Notes: generated by a model not told the origin, from the sequence alone. A stretch of DNA of 64,000 nucleotides from Terriglobia bacterium (GCA_965223005.1 CBDCVK010000010.1:128001-192000), one strand, 5' to 3'; counted from the first letter of the stretch, positions 33,524-44,207 are shown. Numbers and translations are program-made.

Positions 33524-36142
33524 ATGCGGCAGGAGTTGGCCAAAACTTACGATCCGCACGCGATTGAGGAGCGGTGGGGCAACTGGTGGGTCGAGCGCAA
33601 CCTGTTCCGCGCTGACCCGGCGAGCCGAAGGCCCATGTTCTCGCTGGTGATCCCGCCGCCCAACGTGACCGGCTCGCTCCACATGGGCCACATGCTGGAG
33701 CATACCGAGATTGACATCCTGATCCGCTGGAAGCGCATGAACGGCTTCAATACGCTGTGGCTGCCGGGCACCGACCACGCCGGCATCGCCACACAGGTGA
33801 TGGTGGAGCGGCAACTGGCCGAGGAGGGCCTGGACCGCAAGCAACTGGGCCGCGAGGAATTTGAGCGCCGGGTGTGGAAGTGGAAAGAGGAGCACGGCGA
33901 CACCATCAACCGCCAGATGCGCCGCCTGGGGACCTCCTGCGACTGGTCGCGCGAGCGTTTCACCCTGGACCCAGGGTTGTCGAGGACCGTGCGGGAAGTT
34001 TTTGTGCGGCTCTACGAAAAGAAGCTGATCTACCGCAGCCGCTACACGATCAACTGGTGCCCGCGCTGCCAGACGGCGCTGTCCGATCTGGAGGTCATTC
34101 ACGACGAGCAGCCCGGCAGCCTGTGGCACATCCGCTATCCGGTCCTGGGCACCGAAGAGCACGTGGTGGTGGCCACCACGCGTCCCGAGACGATGCTCGG
34201 CGATACCGCTGTCGCCGTGCATCCCGACGACGCGCGCTACCGGAAGTTTTACGGGAAGGCCGTCCTGCTGCCGCTTATGGACCGGGAAATTCCGCTGATC
34301 ACCGATACCTACGCCAACCCGGAGTTTGGCTCCGGAGCCGTCAAGGTGACCCCGGCGCACGATCCCAACGACTTCGAGGTCGGCCAGCGGCACCGCCTGG
34401 AAGAGGTGGAGGTGATCGACGAGCAGGGCCGGATGAACCACAACGCCGGGCGTTACGCCGGCGTGGACCGCAAGGAAGCTCGCCAACGTGTCGTGGCTGA
34501 CCTGGAGCGGCTGGGGCTGCTCGAAAAGGTGGAACCTTACACGGTGCCGCTGGGCAAATGCCAGCGCTGCCGCACGGTCCTGGAGCCACGCGTCTCCCTG
34601 CAGTGGTTCGTGCGTGTCGGCCCACTGGCCGGGCCGGCCATCGAGGCCGTTCGCGATGGACGCATTCGCTTCGTTCCCGACTACTACGCCCGGGACTACT
34701 TCAACTGGATGGAGAACCTCCACGACTGGTGCATCTCGCGCCAGCTCTGGTGGGGTCACCGCATCCCGGCCTGGTACTGCCACGCCTGTGGCCAAACCCT
34801 GGTCAGCCGCGAGGACCCGCGAGCCTGCCCCTGCGGCAGCCACCACCTGGAACAGGACCCCGACGTGCTGGACACCTGGTTCAGCTCGGCTCTGTGGCCG
34901 TTTTCCACCATGGGCTGGCCGGACCAGACCACCGACCTGCGCGTCTTCTATCCCACCTCGCTGATGATCACCGGCTTCGACATCCTGTTCTTCTGGGTGG
35001 CGCGGATGATCATGATGGGCCTGGAATTTGCCGGCGATGTCCCCTTCCGGGAGGTGTACATCCATGCCCTGATCCGCGATGCCGAGCGCCAGAAGATGTC
35101 CAAGACGCGAGGCAACGTGGTGGACCCGCTGGAGATCACCGAGAGCTACGGGACCGACGCGGTGCGCTTTACGCTGGCGATCATGGCCGCCCCGGGCACC
35201 GACATTGCGCTTTCCGAAGATCGCATCCGCAGCTACAGGGCCTTCGCCAACAAGATCTGGAATGCTGCCCGCTTCATTTTCCTGAAAGGCGTGCCCTACA
35301 CCGGCGCGGAACCGACGATTTCCTCACTGGAAGACCGCTGGATGTTTTCGCGGCTGGACCAGATAGCCGCCGACGTAGACGCTGCGCTTTCCGCCTACCG
35401 CTTTCACGAAGCGGCGCACCTGCTCTACCAGTTCTTCTGGCACGAGTTCTGCGACTGGTACATCGAATTGAAGAAGCTGGACACCTCCGAGCAGTCCTGG
35501 CAGAACCTGCTGTGGGTTTTCGAGCACGCCCTACGCCTCCTGCACCCGTTCATGCCCTTCATCACCGAGGAGCTGTGGCAGCAGTTGACCAGACCAGGAC
35601 AGCCTGCCACCACTTCCATTGCCGTCGAACCCTACCCGCGCCCTGGAGGGCGCTGGCGCGACGACGATGCGGTGCGGCTTATGGCCGCGCTGCAGGAAGC
35701 CATGGTCAGCATTCGCAACATCAGGGCCGAGCTGAAAATCGAGCCCAAGCGGCGGGTGCCAGCTGAAGTCTATTTCCCGGATCGGGGCCTGCGGGCGCTG
35801 GCCGAGGAGGCCCGCCCCGCGTTTGAAAGCCTGGCCCGTGTCTCGCGGTTGACACTGCTGGAACAGCCGCCCGCCAAGCAGGAAGGCGTGTTGCGCCATA
35901 GCCCCGAGTTTGACTTACGCGTCCCGCTGGCCGATGCGGTGGATCGGGACGCCGAGCGCCGCCGCCTGGAGAAGGAGCGCGAGCAGCTCCGGCGCCAGTC
36001 GGAATCGCTGCACCGGCAACTGGAAAACCCCGGCTTCCGACAGCGAGCCCCGCAGCAGGTGGTCGCCGGCGCCGAACAGCGCCTGAAAGAGAACCTGCTG
36101 CAGCAACAGAAGATCGAAGATACGCTTGCCAGCCTGGCCTGA
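33524..36142 (+). CDS. valS: Valine--tRNA ligase
   Basis: PPPNVTGSLHMGH, DWCISRQLWWGH, KMSKT, C-terminal coiled coil. Confidence 0.98.
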   Translation: MRQELAKTYDPHAIEERWGNWWVERNLFRADPASRRPMFSLVIPPPNVTGSLHMGHMLEHTEIDILIRWKRMNGFNTLWLPGTDHAGIATQVMVERQLAEEGLDRKQLGREEFERRVWKWKEEHGDTINRQMRRLGTSCDWSRERFTLDPGLSRTVREVFVRLYEKKLIYRSRYTINWCPRCQTALSDLEVIHDEQPGSLWHIRYPVLGTEEHVVVATTRPETMLGDTAVAVHPDDARYRKFYGKAVLLPLMDREIPLITDTYANPEFGSGAVKVTPAHDPNDFEVGQRHRLEEVEVIDEQGRMNHNAGRYAGVDRKEARQRVVADLERLGLLEKVEPYTVPLGKCQRCRTVLEPRVSLQWFVRVGPLAGPAIEAVRDGRIRFVPDYYARDYFNWMENLHDWCISRQLWWGHRIPAWYCHACGQTLVSREDPRACPCGSHHLEQDPDVLDTWFSSALWPFSTMGWPDQTTDLRVFYPTSLMITGFDILFFWVARMIMMGLEFAGDVPFREVYIHALIRDAERQKMSKTRGNVVDPLEITESYGTDAVRFTLAIMAAPGTDIALSEDRIRSYRAFANKIWNAARFIFLKGVPYTGAEPTISSLEDRWMFSRLDQIAADVDAALSAYRFHEAAHLLYQFFWHEFCDWYIELKKLDTSEQSWQNLLWVFEHALRLLHPFMPFITEELWQQLTRPGQPATTSIAVEPYPRPGGRWRDDDAVRLMAALQEAMVSIRNIRAELKIEPKRRVPAEVYFPDRGLRALAEEARPAFESLARVSRLTLLEQPPAKQEGVLRHSPEFDLRVPLADAVDRDAERRRLEKEREQLRRQSESLHRQLENPGFRQRAPQQVVAGAEQRLKENLLQQQKIEDTLASLA

Positions 36143-37025
36143 GCGCGATGTTCAAGAACTGATTGCGCGTGCCCTGGAAGAAGACGTAGGGCCGGGTGAC
36201 ATCACCACGGCCGCCTGCGTTCCCGCCAATGCCCGCGCCCGCGGGCAGTTCCTGGCGCGGCAGGAGCTGGTGCTGGCCGGTGTCGAGCTGCTGCCGCTGA
36301 TCTACGCGCAGGAGCTGGAGACGCACCAGGCGAGCGGCGACCGCATCGCTGCCGGGGAGCTGATCGCCGCCATCTGCGGGCCCGCACGGCGGCTGCTAGA
36401 ACGGGAGCGGGTGGCCCTGAACTTCCTCCAGCACCTGAGCGGCATCGCCACCTACACCCGCAGCTTTGTGGACGCCGTGGAAGGGACGGGAGCTACAATC
36501 CGGGACACGCGAAAGACAACGCCGGGCCTGCGGCGGCTCGAGAAACGCGCGGTCCTCGCCGGGGGCGGGTGCAACCATCGCGCGGGTCTCTACGACGCCG
36601 TGCTGATCAAGGAGAACCACATTGCGGCCGCGGGCGGGGTTCGCGCCGCCGTGGAGGCGGCGCGCCGGATCTCGGAAAGTGTCGAGGTGGAAGTGAGGAA
36701 CCGCGGGGAACTGGAGCGGGCGCTGGCGGCCGTCGCCGACTGCGTCCTGCTGGATAACATGACCCCCGAGCAGGTGCGCGCCTGCGTCGCCCTAGTCCCC
36801 GGCATAGTGAAGGATAAGACCGCCGGAGCACCGGCCAGGCCCCCAAGTCCGTCGCCGCGGCGGGTGCTGGTGGAGGTCTCGGGCGGTGTGACGCTGGCCA
36901 ACGTGCGCGACTACGCGTTGGCCGGCCCCGACTACATTGCCGTCGGCGCGCTGACCCACTCGGCTCCGGCCGCCGACATTACCTTCCTGCTGGAGTCCCC
37001 GTTGGAGTCGGGCAGCCGTGGATAA
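36126..37025 (+). CDS. nadC: Quinolinate phosphoribosyltransferase
   Basis: DTRKTTPG, LIKENH, LLDN, EVSGG, GALTHS. Confidence 0.95.
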   Translation: MPAWPERDVQELIARALEEDVGPGDITTAACVPANARARGQFLARQELVLAGVELLPLIYAQELETHQASGDRIAAGELIAAICGPARRLLERERVALNFLQHLSGIATYTRSFVDAVEGTGATIRDTRKTTPGLRRLEKRAVLAGGGCNHRAGLYDAVLIKENHIAAAGGVRAAVEAARRISESVEVEVRNRGELERALAAVADCVLLDNMTPEQVRACVALVPGIVKDKTAGAPARPPSPSPRRVLVEVSGGVTLANVRDYALAGPDYIAVGALTHSAPAADITFLLESPLESGSRG

Positions 37026-37995
37026 GGAACTGGACCGGCTGGTGGAGCTGCTGGTGGATCACGCCATGGTCGTGGTCTCCGGCACCAATGCGGCTGCGGA
37101 GATCGGCGTGCCCCACTCAACGCTTCAGGATTGGATCGATCGGTTGCGCGCGCATGGCGCTGACATTGCCGGGGTGCGGGGACGAGGCTTTGTTCTAAGA
37201 GCCCTTCCCGACATCCTGACCCGGCGGGTCATCAAGCAGGCGGCGCACGGAACGCAGTTCGGAGCGCACGTGCACCACTACTACTCGATCGGCTCGACGA
37301 TGGATGTCGCCTCGGAGCTGGCCCACCACGGCGCGCCTCATGGCACAATTGTTTTGGCAGAAGAACAGACAGCCGGACGAGGGCGCCTCGGCCACAGCTG
37401 GTATTCGGAGCGGTCCACGGGAATTTACTGCTCGCTGATTCTCCGCCCAAGAATGCCAGCGGCTCTAGGACCGGTCCTGACTCTGGCAGCCGGCCTGGCG
37501 TTGGCCGATACGGTTTCGGAACTCACCCACCAGCCCGCGGACCTGCGCTGGCCCAACGATGTGCTCCTGGGCGAGCTTAAGTGCGGCGGCGTTCTGCTGG
37601 AGATGACGGCTGAGGCCGAACTCGTCAAGTACCTAGGACTGGGCATCGGGGTTAACGTGAACCAGCAGGCCTTCCCGCAGGAGCTGGCCGGGGAGGCCAC
37701 CTCGCTGGCGCTAGTGGCCGGGCGACGCTTGTCGCGTGCCGAGGTGCTGGAAACCCTGTTGCATGCACTGGACGGGCGCTGCCGCCAGTTCCTCAACGCG
37801 GGTAGCGCCTCGGTGATCGCAGATTTTCAGTCGCGTTCCAGTTTCGCCTGGGGTCGCCGGGTGGTCGTGGAGAACCAATCGGGCAGCTTTACCGGCGCTA
37901 CCCAGGGCCTGGACTCCGCTGGCTTCCTGCTGGTGCTCCGTGACGACAACGCGAAGGTCGAACCCCTGCTGGCAGGCATGGTCCGGCCGGCCTGA
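37018..37995 (+). CDS. birA: Biotin--protein ligase with N-terminal HTH
   Basis: QTAGRGRLG, RWPND, GIGVNVN. Confidence 0.93.
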   Translation: MDKELDRLVELLVDHAMVVVSGTNAAAEIGVPHSTLQDWIDRLRAHGADIAGVRGRGFVLRALPDILTRRVIKQAAHGTQFGAHVHHYYSIGSTMDVASELAHHGAPHGTIVLAEEQTAGRGRLGHSWYSERSTGIYCSLILRPRMPAALGPVLTLAAGLALADTVSELTHQPADLRWPNDVLLGELKCGGVLLEMTAEAELVKYLGLGIGVNVNQQAFPQELAGEATSLALVAGRRLSRAEVLETLLHALDGRCRQFLNAGSASVIADFQSRSSFAWGRRVVVENQSGSFTGATQGLDSAGFLLVLRDDNAKVEPLLAGMVRPA

Positions 37996-38003
37996 GGGAG
38001 CCT

Positions 38004-38774
38004 ATGCTTTTAGTGATTGACGTCGGCAATACCAACACTGTGCTCGGGCTGTTTGCCGGCCAGCGGCTGGTGGCCCACTGGCGGCTGACCACCCTGCACG
38101 AACAGACCGTGGATGAGTACGGCATCCTGATCCGCAACTTGTTTGCGGTGGATCAGATTGACCCAGATGGGATCCATGGCATCATCATCTCCAGCGTGGT
38201 GCCGCAGCTCGACTCGACCCTGGAGGAGGTGGCGCTGCGCTATTTCGGGCGCCCCCCGCTGTTTGTCCGGCCAGAGACGCTGACCGGCATTCCGTTACTG
38301 TACGACAACCCCCAGGAGGTCGGAGCGGATCGCATGGTGAATGCGGTCGCCGCCCATGCGAAGTACGGTGGACCCTGCGTGGTGGTGGACTTCGGTACGG
38401 CCATTACCTTCGACGCCATCTCCCGGCAGGGCGAGTACCTGGGCGGGATCATTGCGCCCGGATTGGGCATCTCGGCCGAAGCCCTGTTCAGCCGCGCCGC
38501 TCGACTCACCCGAGTGGACTTGCGCGAACCGGCCCAGGTCATCGGCACCAACACTACCGCCAGTATCCAGTCCGGGCTCTACTACGGCTTCATCGGCCTG
38601 GTGGACGGCATCCTGGAACGAATTTTGGCGTCGCTCGGGTCCGGGGCGGCGGTGGTGGCCACCGGAGGCCAGGCGGAGCTGCTGGCTCGCGGCTCGCGCT
38701 TCATCCGCGAAGTGGACCAGAAATTGACCTTGGAAGGCCTGCGGATCATCTGGGAGCGGAACCGCCCTATCTAG
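38004..38774 (+). CDS. coaX: Type III pantothenate kinase
   Basis: IDVGNTN, VGADR, DFGTA, VATGG. Confidence 0.96.
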   Translation: MLLVIDVGNTNTVLGLFAGQRLVAHWRLTTLHEQTVDEYGILIRNLFAVDQIDPDGIHGIIISSVVPQLDSTLEEVALRYFGRPPLFVRPETLTGIPLLYDNPQEVGADRMVNAVAAHAKYGGPCVVVDFGTAITFDAISRQGEYLGGIIAPGLGISAEALFSRAARLTRVDLREPAQVIGTNTTASIQSGLYYGFIGLVDGILERILASLGSGAAVVATGGQAELLARGSRFIREVDQKLTLEGLRIIWERNRPI

Positions 38775-38848
38775 CCGCTGTCTCTCACTCTGGCGAGTCA
38801 TCGTCGCAGCGTTGAAAACGCAACGGCGGAATAAAGTTGGCGTCTGGG

Positions 38849-39502
38849 ATGGAAAACTACTTCAATTATTTCACTGAAATTGAGGAGCATTTTCAGAGGG
38901 CGCGCGGGTCCGGAACATTTCGGCTTTCCACCCTGGACTGGGCACTCATTGAGAGCTGGAAAGAATCGCAAATTCCGCTGGAGGCGGCGCTGCGCGGAAT
39001 TGACTGCGCCTTTGAAAAATGGCACGCGCGGGCGCGCCGGAGCCGAATGGTGAACAGCTTGGCTTACTGCGCTCAGGAGGTGATGGCGGCAGCGCATGAG
39101 CAGGCCCCAACAGCCGACAGCCGTCCGTCCGTCGCCGCTCCCTTCACTGCGGAGGAACTGGCGGCTCTGTTTGGCCGGCACGCGACGGTGCTGCAGCCCC
39201 GCTTCCCGGAGCTCGCCCGGAGCCTGGACGAGCTCCGGCAAGCCGCGGAATCTGGCATCCCGCTGGATTTGGAAGAGGTAGAGCGCCGTCTGACAGTGCT
39301 GGAGGAAAAAATGTTCTCGGCCCTGCTCACCGCCGCCAGCGAGCAACGCCTGCTGGCACTCCGCCGCGAACTGGAATCGGCCCTGCGACCGTATCGGAGG
39401 AAGCTGTCGGCCGAGCAGATGACGCTGCTGGAAAAACAATTTCTCCGTCGGGAACTTGTGGAGGCGGCCGGGCTGCCGCGTCTCAGTCTGTTCCACTGGT
39501 GA
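38849..39502 (+). CDS. Conserved hypothetical protein
   Basis: MENYFNYFTEIEEHF...LPRLSLF; operon position between coaX and rlmD. Confidence 0.75.
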   Translation: MENYFNYFTEIEEHFQRARGSGTFRLSTLDWALIESWKESQIPLEAALRGIDCAFEKWHARARRSRMVNSLAYCAQEVMAAAHEQAPTADSRPSVAAPFTAEELAALFGRHATVLQPRFPELARSLDELRQAAESGIPLDLEEVERRLTVLEEKMFSALLTAASEQRLLALRRELESALRPYRRKLSAEQMTLLEKQFLRRELVEAAGLPRLSLFHW

Positions 39503-39510
39503 AGCCGGCA

Positions 39511-40821
39511 ATGGAGCTGCGCATTGAAAAGCTGGTGTATGGAGGCGAGGGCCTGGGACGGCTGGAAGGCCGCGCCGTGCTGCTGCCTCTGGTGCTGGCC
39601 GGTGAGCGCGTCGAGGCCCATCCCGTGAAGGAGGAGCCTCGGCTGGTTCGGGCCCGGCTCGCCCAGGTGCTGGAGCCTTCGCCGGCACGAATCGCGCCCC
39701 ACTGCACCTACTTCACGCGGTGCGGCGGTTGCCACTATCAGCATATGGGCTACGAAGAGCAGCTCCTCTATAAAGCAGCCATCCTCGAGGAGACGCTGCG
39801 GCGGGTGGGCAAGATCACCGCTCCAGCGCCAGAGCTGCTGGCTTCCCCGCCCTGGCACTACCGCAACCGCGCGCAGTTCAAAACCCACAAGCACGGCGAC
39901 ACATTCCAGTTGGGGTATTTTGAGCTGGGCTCGCATCGGCTGCTGCCCGTGGAGCGCTGTCCCATCAGCTCGCCGCGCATCAACGAGATTCTTCCCAAAC
40001 TGTGGCAATTGGGCCGGCGCTCTGATTTCCCCGCTGGAAGCGGCGAAATCGAGGTGTTTGTGACGCACGACGACTCCGGCGTGCTGGTAAATGTGGCCAG
40101 CCAGGGCCGCTGGCCTGAAACATTGGTCAGCGCGCTGCATGAGCACATTGCGGATGTTGCCTCGCTGGCCGTGGCGGAAGGCGCGGCCCGGCTTGCCGCC
40201 CTCCCCCGGTCCGCAACGAGCCGCGTTTTCGGACGCGGCTACCTCGTTTACCGGGCAGGGAATGTGGAGTATCGCGTCAGCCACGGCTCGTTTTTCCAGA
40301 CCAACCGCTTCCTGGCGGATACTCTGGCAGCCGTGGCCACCGAAAATCTGGAGGGAGACACGGTACTGGACCTGTTCGCCGGCGTCGGCTATTTTGCGCT
40401 GCACTTGGCGGGCAAGTTCCGCCGCGTGGTGGCCGTCGAATCCAACAGCTCCAGTATCCGGGACCTCGAGTCCAACCGGCAGAGGGCCGGACTGGCGCAT
40501 GTGGAGGCGGTGCCCGCTACCGCGGAGCAATTTCTGCCCCAACCGAACACTCCGCCGCGACGCGGCTCCGGCCGATTCCCCTTGCACCCCGACGCCGTGT
40601 TGCTGGACCCGCCGCGCGCCGGCCTGAGCAAAGCCGCCGCCGGGCACTTGGCCGACCTTGGGGCTCCCACCATCGTCTACGTCTCCTGCGATCCCTCCAC
40701 GCTGGCGCGCGACTTGGCCCGGCTGACGGCTCGCGACTATCGCCTGGCGCGCCTGCGGCTGGTGGACCTGTTCCCGCAGACGTTTCACATCGAGACGATT
40801 GCCACATTGGAAAAGAACTGA
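39511..40821 (+). CDS. rlmD: 23S rRNA (uracil-C5)-methyltransferase, RlmD/TrmA family
   Basis: TRAM domain, CxxxxxCGGC, FFQTN, LDPPRAG, YVSCDP, DLFPQT. Confidence 0.9.
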   Translation: MELRIEKLVYGGEGLGRLEGRAVLLPLVLAGERVEAHPVKEEPRLVRARLAQVLEPSPARIAPHCTYFTRCGGCHYQHMGYEEQLLYKAAILEETLRRVGKITAPAPELLASPPWHYRNRAQFKTHKHGDTFQLGYFELGSHRLLPVERCPISSPRINEILPKLWQLGRRSDFPAGSGEIEVFVTHDDSGVLVNVASQGRWPETLVSALHEHIADVASLAVAEGAARLAALPRSATSRVFGRGYLVYRAGNVEYRVSHGSFFQTNRFLADTLAAVATENLEGDTVLDLFAGVGYFALHLAGKFRRVVAVESNSSSIRDLESNRQRAGLAHVEAVPATAEQFLPQPNTPPRRGSGRFPLHPDAVLLDPPRAGLSKAAAGHLADLGAPTIVYVSCDPSTLARDLARLTARDYRLARLRLVDLFPQTFHIETIATLEKN

Positions 40822-40928
40822 GATTTTGTTCGAAGAACCAGGATGACCACGAGGCTGGCAACTGGGTACTACGATCACAGCCGGCGCCCGTCGGCGCTTC
40901 GGCTGCATCAGTGATACTGAAATAGGCC

Positions 40929-43502
40929 GTGCGGAATCCACTATTGCCGGTGGCCGCCGCTCTGGCCGGCGGCATTTACGATGAACGGTGGCTGCGCCTT
41001 CACGAGCAGGAGTACCTGCTTTGGATCAGCATCCTGTTGTGTGCCGCGGCGATCGCTTTGCGGCTGCGGCGCCCCGCCGGCGCCCTCGCCTTCGGGCTGC
41101 TGGGCACGGCGTTGGTCGGCTCCTTCTTCCTGTTCCACTGGCGGCACGATCGGCCGCCTGAGGATATCGCCAACCTCGTGGACGCCGGTCGCGTGGACCT
41201 CAGCGAACCCGCCCGGCTGACCGGCTGGATTGCCCAGGCAAGACTGCGTCGTGGCCGCGACGAAACCTACCTGTTGCGCCTGGAAGAAGTCGAGAGCCTG
41301 CAGCGAATCTGGCCTGCCTCTGGCACTATCCGCCTGCAGCACTTCATCCTTGACTCTTTCGAACCACGCCTGAGCCTGCGCTATGGCGAGCGGGTGAGCG
41401 TGCTGGCCCGCCTGCGGCCCGTCCGCGGCTTTCTCAATCCTGGCAGCTTCGACCGGCAAGGGCGCGCCCGCCGCCAGGGTGTGCTCTTCTACGCGAGCAT
41501 CAAGGCGGCGGAATTAGTCGAGAGGCTCTCGGGCCAGCGCGGCTCTCGATGGATGGCTGCTCTCGAGGGCCTGCGCCGTGCACTACTCGACCGCCTCGAT
41601 GCTCTGTTTCCGATACCGTCGCAGGCGAACGGGTTGCTCCGCGCTCTGCTGTTTGGAGACCGCTCAGGTCTGGATCGTCGAGTCCTGGAAAACTTTCGGA
41701 AGAGCGGTGCCTACCACGCCCTGGTTGTCTCCGGGCTCCACACTGCGGCCGTGGCCGGTTTCTTGCTGTTGCTGCCGCGCCTCTTTCGCTTGCCCCCACT
41801 TCCCGCCACGCTGCTGGCGCTGGCCGGCCTAGCCTGTTATGTCGCACTGGTCGGGAGGAGCGTGCCCACCCAGCGGGCTGCGGTCATGATTGGCCTGTAC
41901 CTGCTGGCCCGCCTGATCTACCGCGAACGCGCCCTGCTGAATACGATTGCCGCCGCCGCCTTGCTGCTGCTGATTCTCCATCCGGCCGACCTGAACGATG
42001 CGGGCTTCCAGCTTTCCTTCTTTGCCGTGCTGCTGATCGCCGCCATTGCCGTGCCCTTAATAGAGCAGACCTCGGCGCCTTACCGCAGGGCCGTGGAGGA
42101 CCTGGAGAATCGCGACCGCGATCTCACTCTGGCTCCCCCGCAGGCGCAGTTTCGCATCGAATTGCGAATGCTCGACGACGCCCTCGGCGAAAAAGTGCCA
42201 GCATGGCTTTTCCTGCCAGCCGTGCGCGGCGCTTTCCGTCTCTACGAACTGGTCGTGGTCTCGCTGGTGATTCAGGTAGGGTTTCTGTTGCCGCTGTCGG
42301 TCTATTTCTACCGTGCGAGCTGGGTTGGCGTGTCGGCCAATCTTTTCCTTGTGCCGCTTCTGGGGCTGGTGGTGCCGTTGGGAATGGCGACTCTGCTGCT
42401 GGCGCTCGTCTCCGAGACGCTGGCTGGACTGCTGGCCATTCCTCTGGCCGCGCTGCTGGGAATGATGCTGGCCGCGGCGCGCTGGCACGCTGGGCTGGCC
42501 CTGGCCTCCCTGCGCGTGCCGCCGCCTCCGCTGTGGGTCTCGGCAATGTTCCTGCTGGCGACGGCCCTGCTGGCCGGTAGCCTGCTGGCCCGCCGGGCCC
42601 GTCCGGTCGCAGCAGGCGCGCTAGCGCTGGCGGCCGCCGCGGTGCTCATCACCTGGCACCCTTTCCCGCCTCAATTGCCGCAGGGAGAGGTCGAGATTAC
42701 GACCCTCGATGTAGCCCAAGGCGATGCGCTGGTAGTGCTGGTCCCTCCGGAACGGGTGATGGTGGTGGATGTGGGCGGCTTGCCCGGGAGGCAAGTCGCC
42801 ACCGACACCGGCGAGATTGTCTCGGCTTACCTGTGGTCGCGTGGCATTCGCCGCATTGACGTGCTGGCTCTCAACCACGCCCATCACGATCATATGGCCG
42901 GCCTGGAAACGGTGATGACGAATTTCCAGGTTGCCGAACTGTGGCTCCCGTCGATCCCCGAGCTGGAAGCCTACCAGCGGCTCCAGCAAAGGGCCCGGCA
43001 ACGCGCTATCCCGGTGCACACCTACAGCCGGGGAGACACGGCCCGCCTGGGCGAGGCCACCGTCGCTTTTCTTTCCCCAGGCCCGAACTACCAACCGGCG
43101 CGGCGCCCGCACAATGACGATTCTTTGGTGATGCGACTCAGCTACGGCTGGCGCGCGGCGATGCTGGCCGGCGATGTGCAACAGACCATGGAAATGGAGA
43201 TATTGCGCGATAACGGTCCGCTGCAGGCCGACTGGCTGAAGGTGCCGCACCACGGGAGTAAGAGTTCGAACTCGCTGGAGTTCCTGTCTAAGGTGGGCGC
43301 CCCATACGGAGTGATTTCGGTAGCGGCTAACAGTCGCTTCGGTCACCCGCACCCGGAGGCTCTGGAGCGATTGCGCGATGCCCGCGTTCGCCTCTTCCGC
43401 ACCGACCGGGACGGCGCGGTCACCTGGGCCACCGATGGAAACCGCGTGCGCCTCAGCACCTTTCAGTGGGAGCGCCGCCGCGCCGCCATCGACCTGTGGT
43501 GA
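40929..43502 (+). CDS. comEC: Competence protein ComEC/Rec2
   Basis: HALVVSGLH, GFQLSF, DVAQGD, HAHHDH, KVPHHGS, FRTDRDG. Confidence 0.94.
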   Translation: MRNPLLPVAAALAGGIYDERWLRLHEQEYLLWISILLCAAAIALRLRRPAGALAFGLLGTALVGSFFLFHWRHDRPPEDIANLVDAGRVDLSEPARLTGWIAQARLRRGRDETYLLRLEEVESLQRIWPASGTIRLQHFILDSFEPRLSLRYGERVSVLARLRPVRGFLNPGSFDRQGRARRQGVLFYASIKAAELVERLSGQRGSRWMAALEGLRRALLDRLDALFPIPSQANGLLRALLFGDRSGLDRRVLENFRKSGAYHALVVSGLHTAAVAGFLLLLPRLFRLPPLPATLLALAGLACYVALVGRSVPTQRAAVMIGLYLLARLIYRERALLNTIAAAALLLLILHPADLNDAGFQLSFFAVLLIAAIAVPLIEQTSAPYRRAVEDLENRDRDLTLAPPQAQFRIELRMLDDALGEKVPAWLFLPAVRGAFRLYELVVVSLVIQVGFLLPLSVYFYRASWVGVSANLFLVPLLGLVVPLGMATLLLALVSETLAGLLAIPLAALLGMMLAAARWHAGLALASLRVPPPPLWVSAMFLLATALLAGSLLARRARPVAAGALALAAAAVLITWHPFPPQLPQGEVEITTLDVAQGDALVVLVPPERVMVVDVGGLPGRQVATDTGEIVSAYLWSRGIRRIDVLALNHAHHDHMAGLETVMTNFQVAELWLPSIPELEAYQRLQQRARQRAIPVHTYSRGDTARLGEATVAFLSPGPNYQPARRPHNDDSLVMRLSYGWRAAMLAGDVQQTMEMEILRDNGPLQADWLKVPHHGSKSSNSLEFLSKVGAPYGVISVAANSRFGHPHPEALERLRDARVRLFRTDRDGAVTWATDGNRVRLSTFQWERRRAAIDLW

Positions 43503-43648
43503 ATCTCACTGCGGGACTCGGCAGAATCTTCCACAAGGCCGCAGCTGCAAGAACTCAATCTGGCAAACGCTGGCACGTGGACGCTTGCTGGACTAAGGAG
43601 CGAAAACATATAATCGAACCGCACTGAGGCGCCCGTCCGGGATGAGCC

Positions 43649-43924
43649 ATGAGTACCGCAAGCGGGAGTCGTCTCCCGCGCAAACCCACCGAAGCTGAGA
43701 TTCGAGAAGAAAGCCGAAAAACACGGCGGCTCCAGTTCCTAGTGCACCTGGTGATGAGCGTGATCAGCCAGAGCCAGCACATGCCCATCGAGGAGGCTTC
43801 GTCGATGGTGGCGGCCACCAAGCGGGCGGCTCTGACCATGTTTCCGGACAAGGAATTTGCTTTCGACCTGATTTACAAGCCCCGCCTTCAAAGACTGCTC
43901 ACCGAAAAATACAGGATTCAATAG
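43649..43924 (+). CDS. Small hypothetical protein
   Basis: 91-aa ORF, FPDKEFAFDLIYKPRLQRL. Confidence 0.7.
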   Translation: MSTASGSRLPRKPTEAEIREESRKTRRLQFLVHLVMSVISQSQHMPIEEASSMVAATKRAALTMFPDKEFAFDLIYKPRLQRLLTEKYRIQ

Positions 43925-43977
43925 CACTGCGGTTTGGCATCTGGTAAGGATGTCAGCGGAGCGAGATCGCCTTTAGG

Positions 43978-44005
43978 TGGCGGAGAGGGAGGGATTCGAA
44001 CCCTC
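43978..44005 (-). mobile_element. 3' fragment of a tRNA-Ser (att-site remnant), left island boundary
   Basis: Minus strand GAGGGTTCGAATCCCTCCCTCTCCGCCA = T-arm, acceptor strand, G discriminator and CCA; no 5' half upstream. Confidence 0.8.
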
Positions 44006-44207
44006 ACTGTTTTCTGGAGCTACCTAAGTTACTGCTTTTCCCATGGGGCGAACGGGGCAAAGGGAGCGAAAAGCAGTATCTGGGGCATACAAAAGCGAAC
44101 CTCATCACTTGCGTCATCACCGAGACAACCGGCGCCGTCCGGCCTTGCCAAGCGGTCTATCATTAAACTGGTGCGGTGCTACTTCCTGGGGCGTTCCTCC
44201 TGATAAG

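Noticed and set aside
31862-35065. 1067-aa minus-strand ORF
   Set aside because: It is the valS antisense frame running in-frame into tldD; real tldD starts at 33298.
39073-40941. 622-aa minus-strand ORF and other long antisense ORFs
   Set aside because: Shadow frames of high-GC genes (rlmD, ffh, prfA, lctP) with no recognisable motifs.
43978-44070. Intact tRNA-Ser
   Set aside because: Only the T-arm and acceptor 3' strand are present; no D-arm, anticodon arm or GGAGAGG 5' strand.
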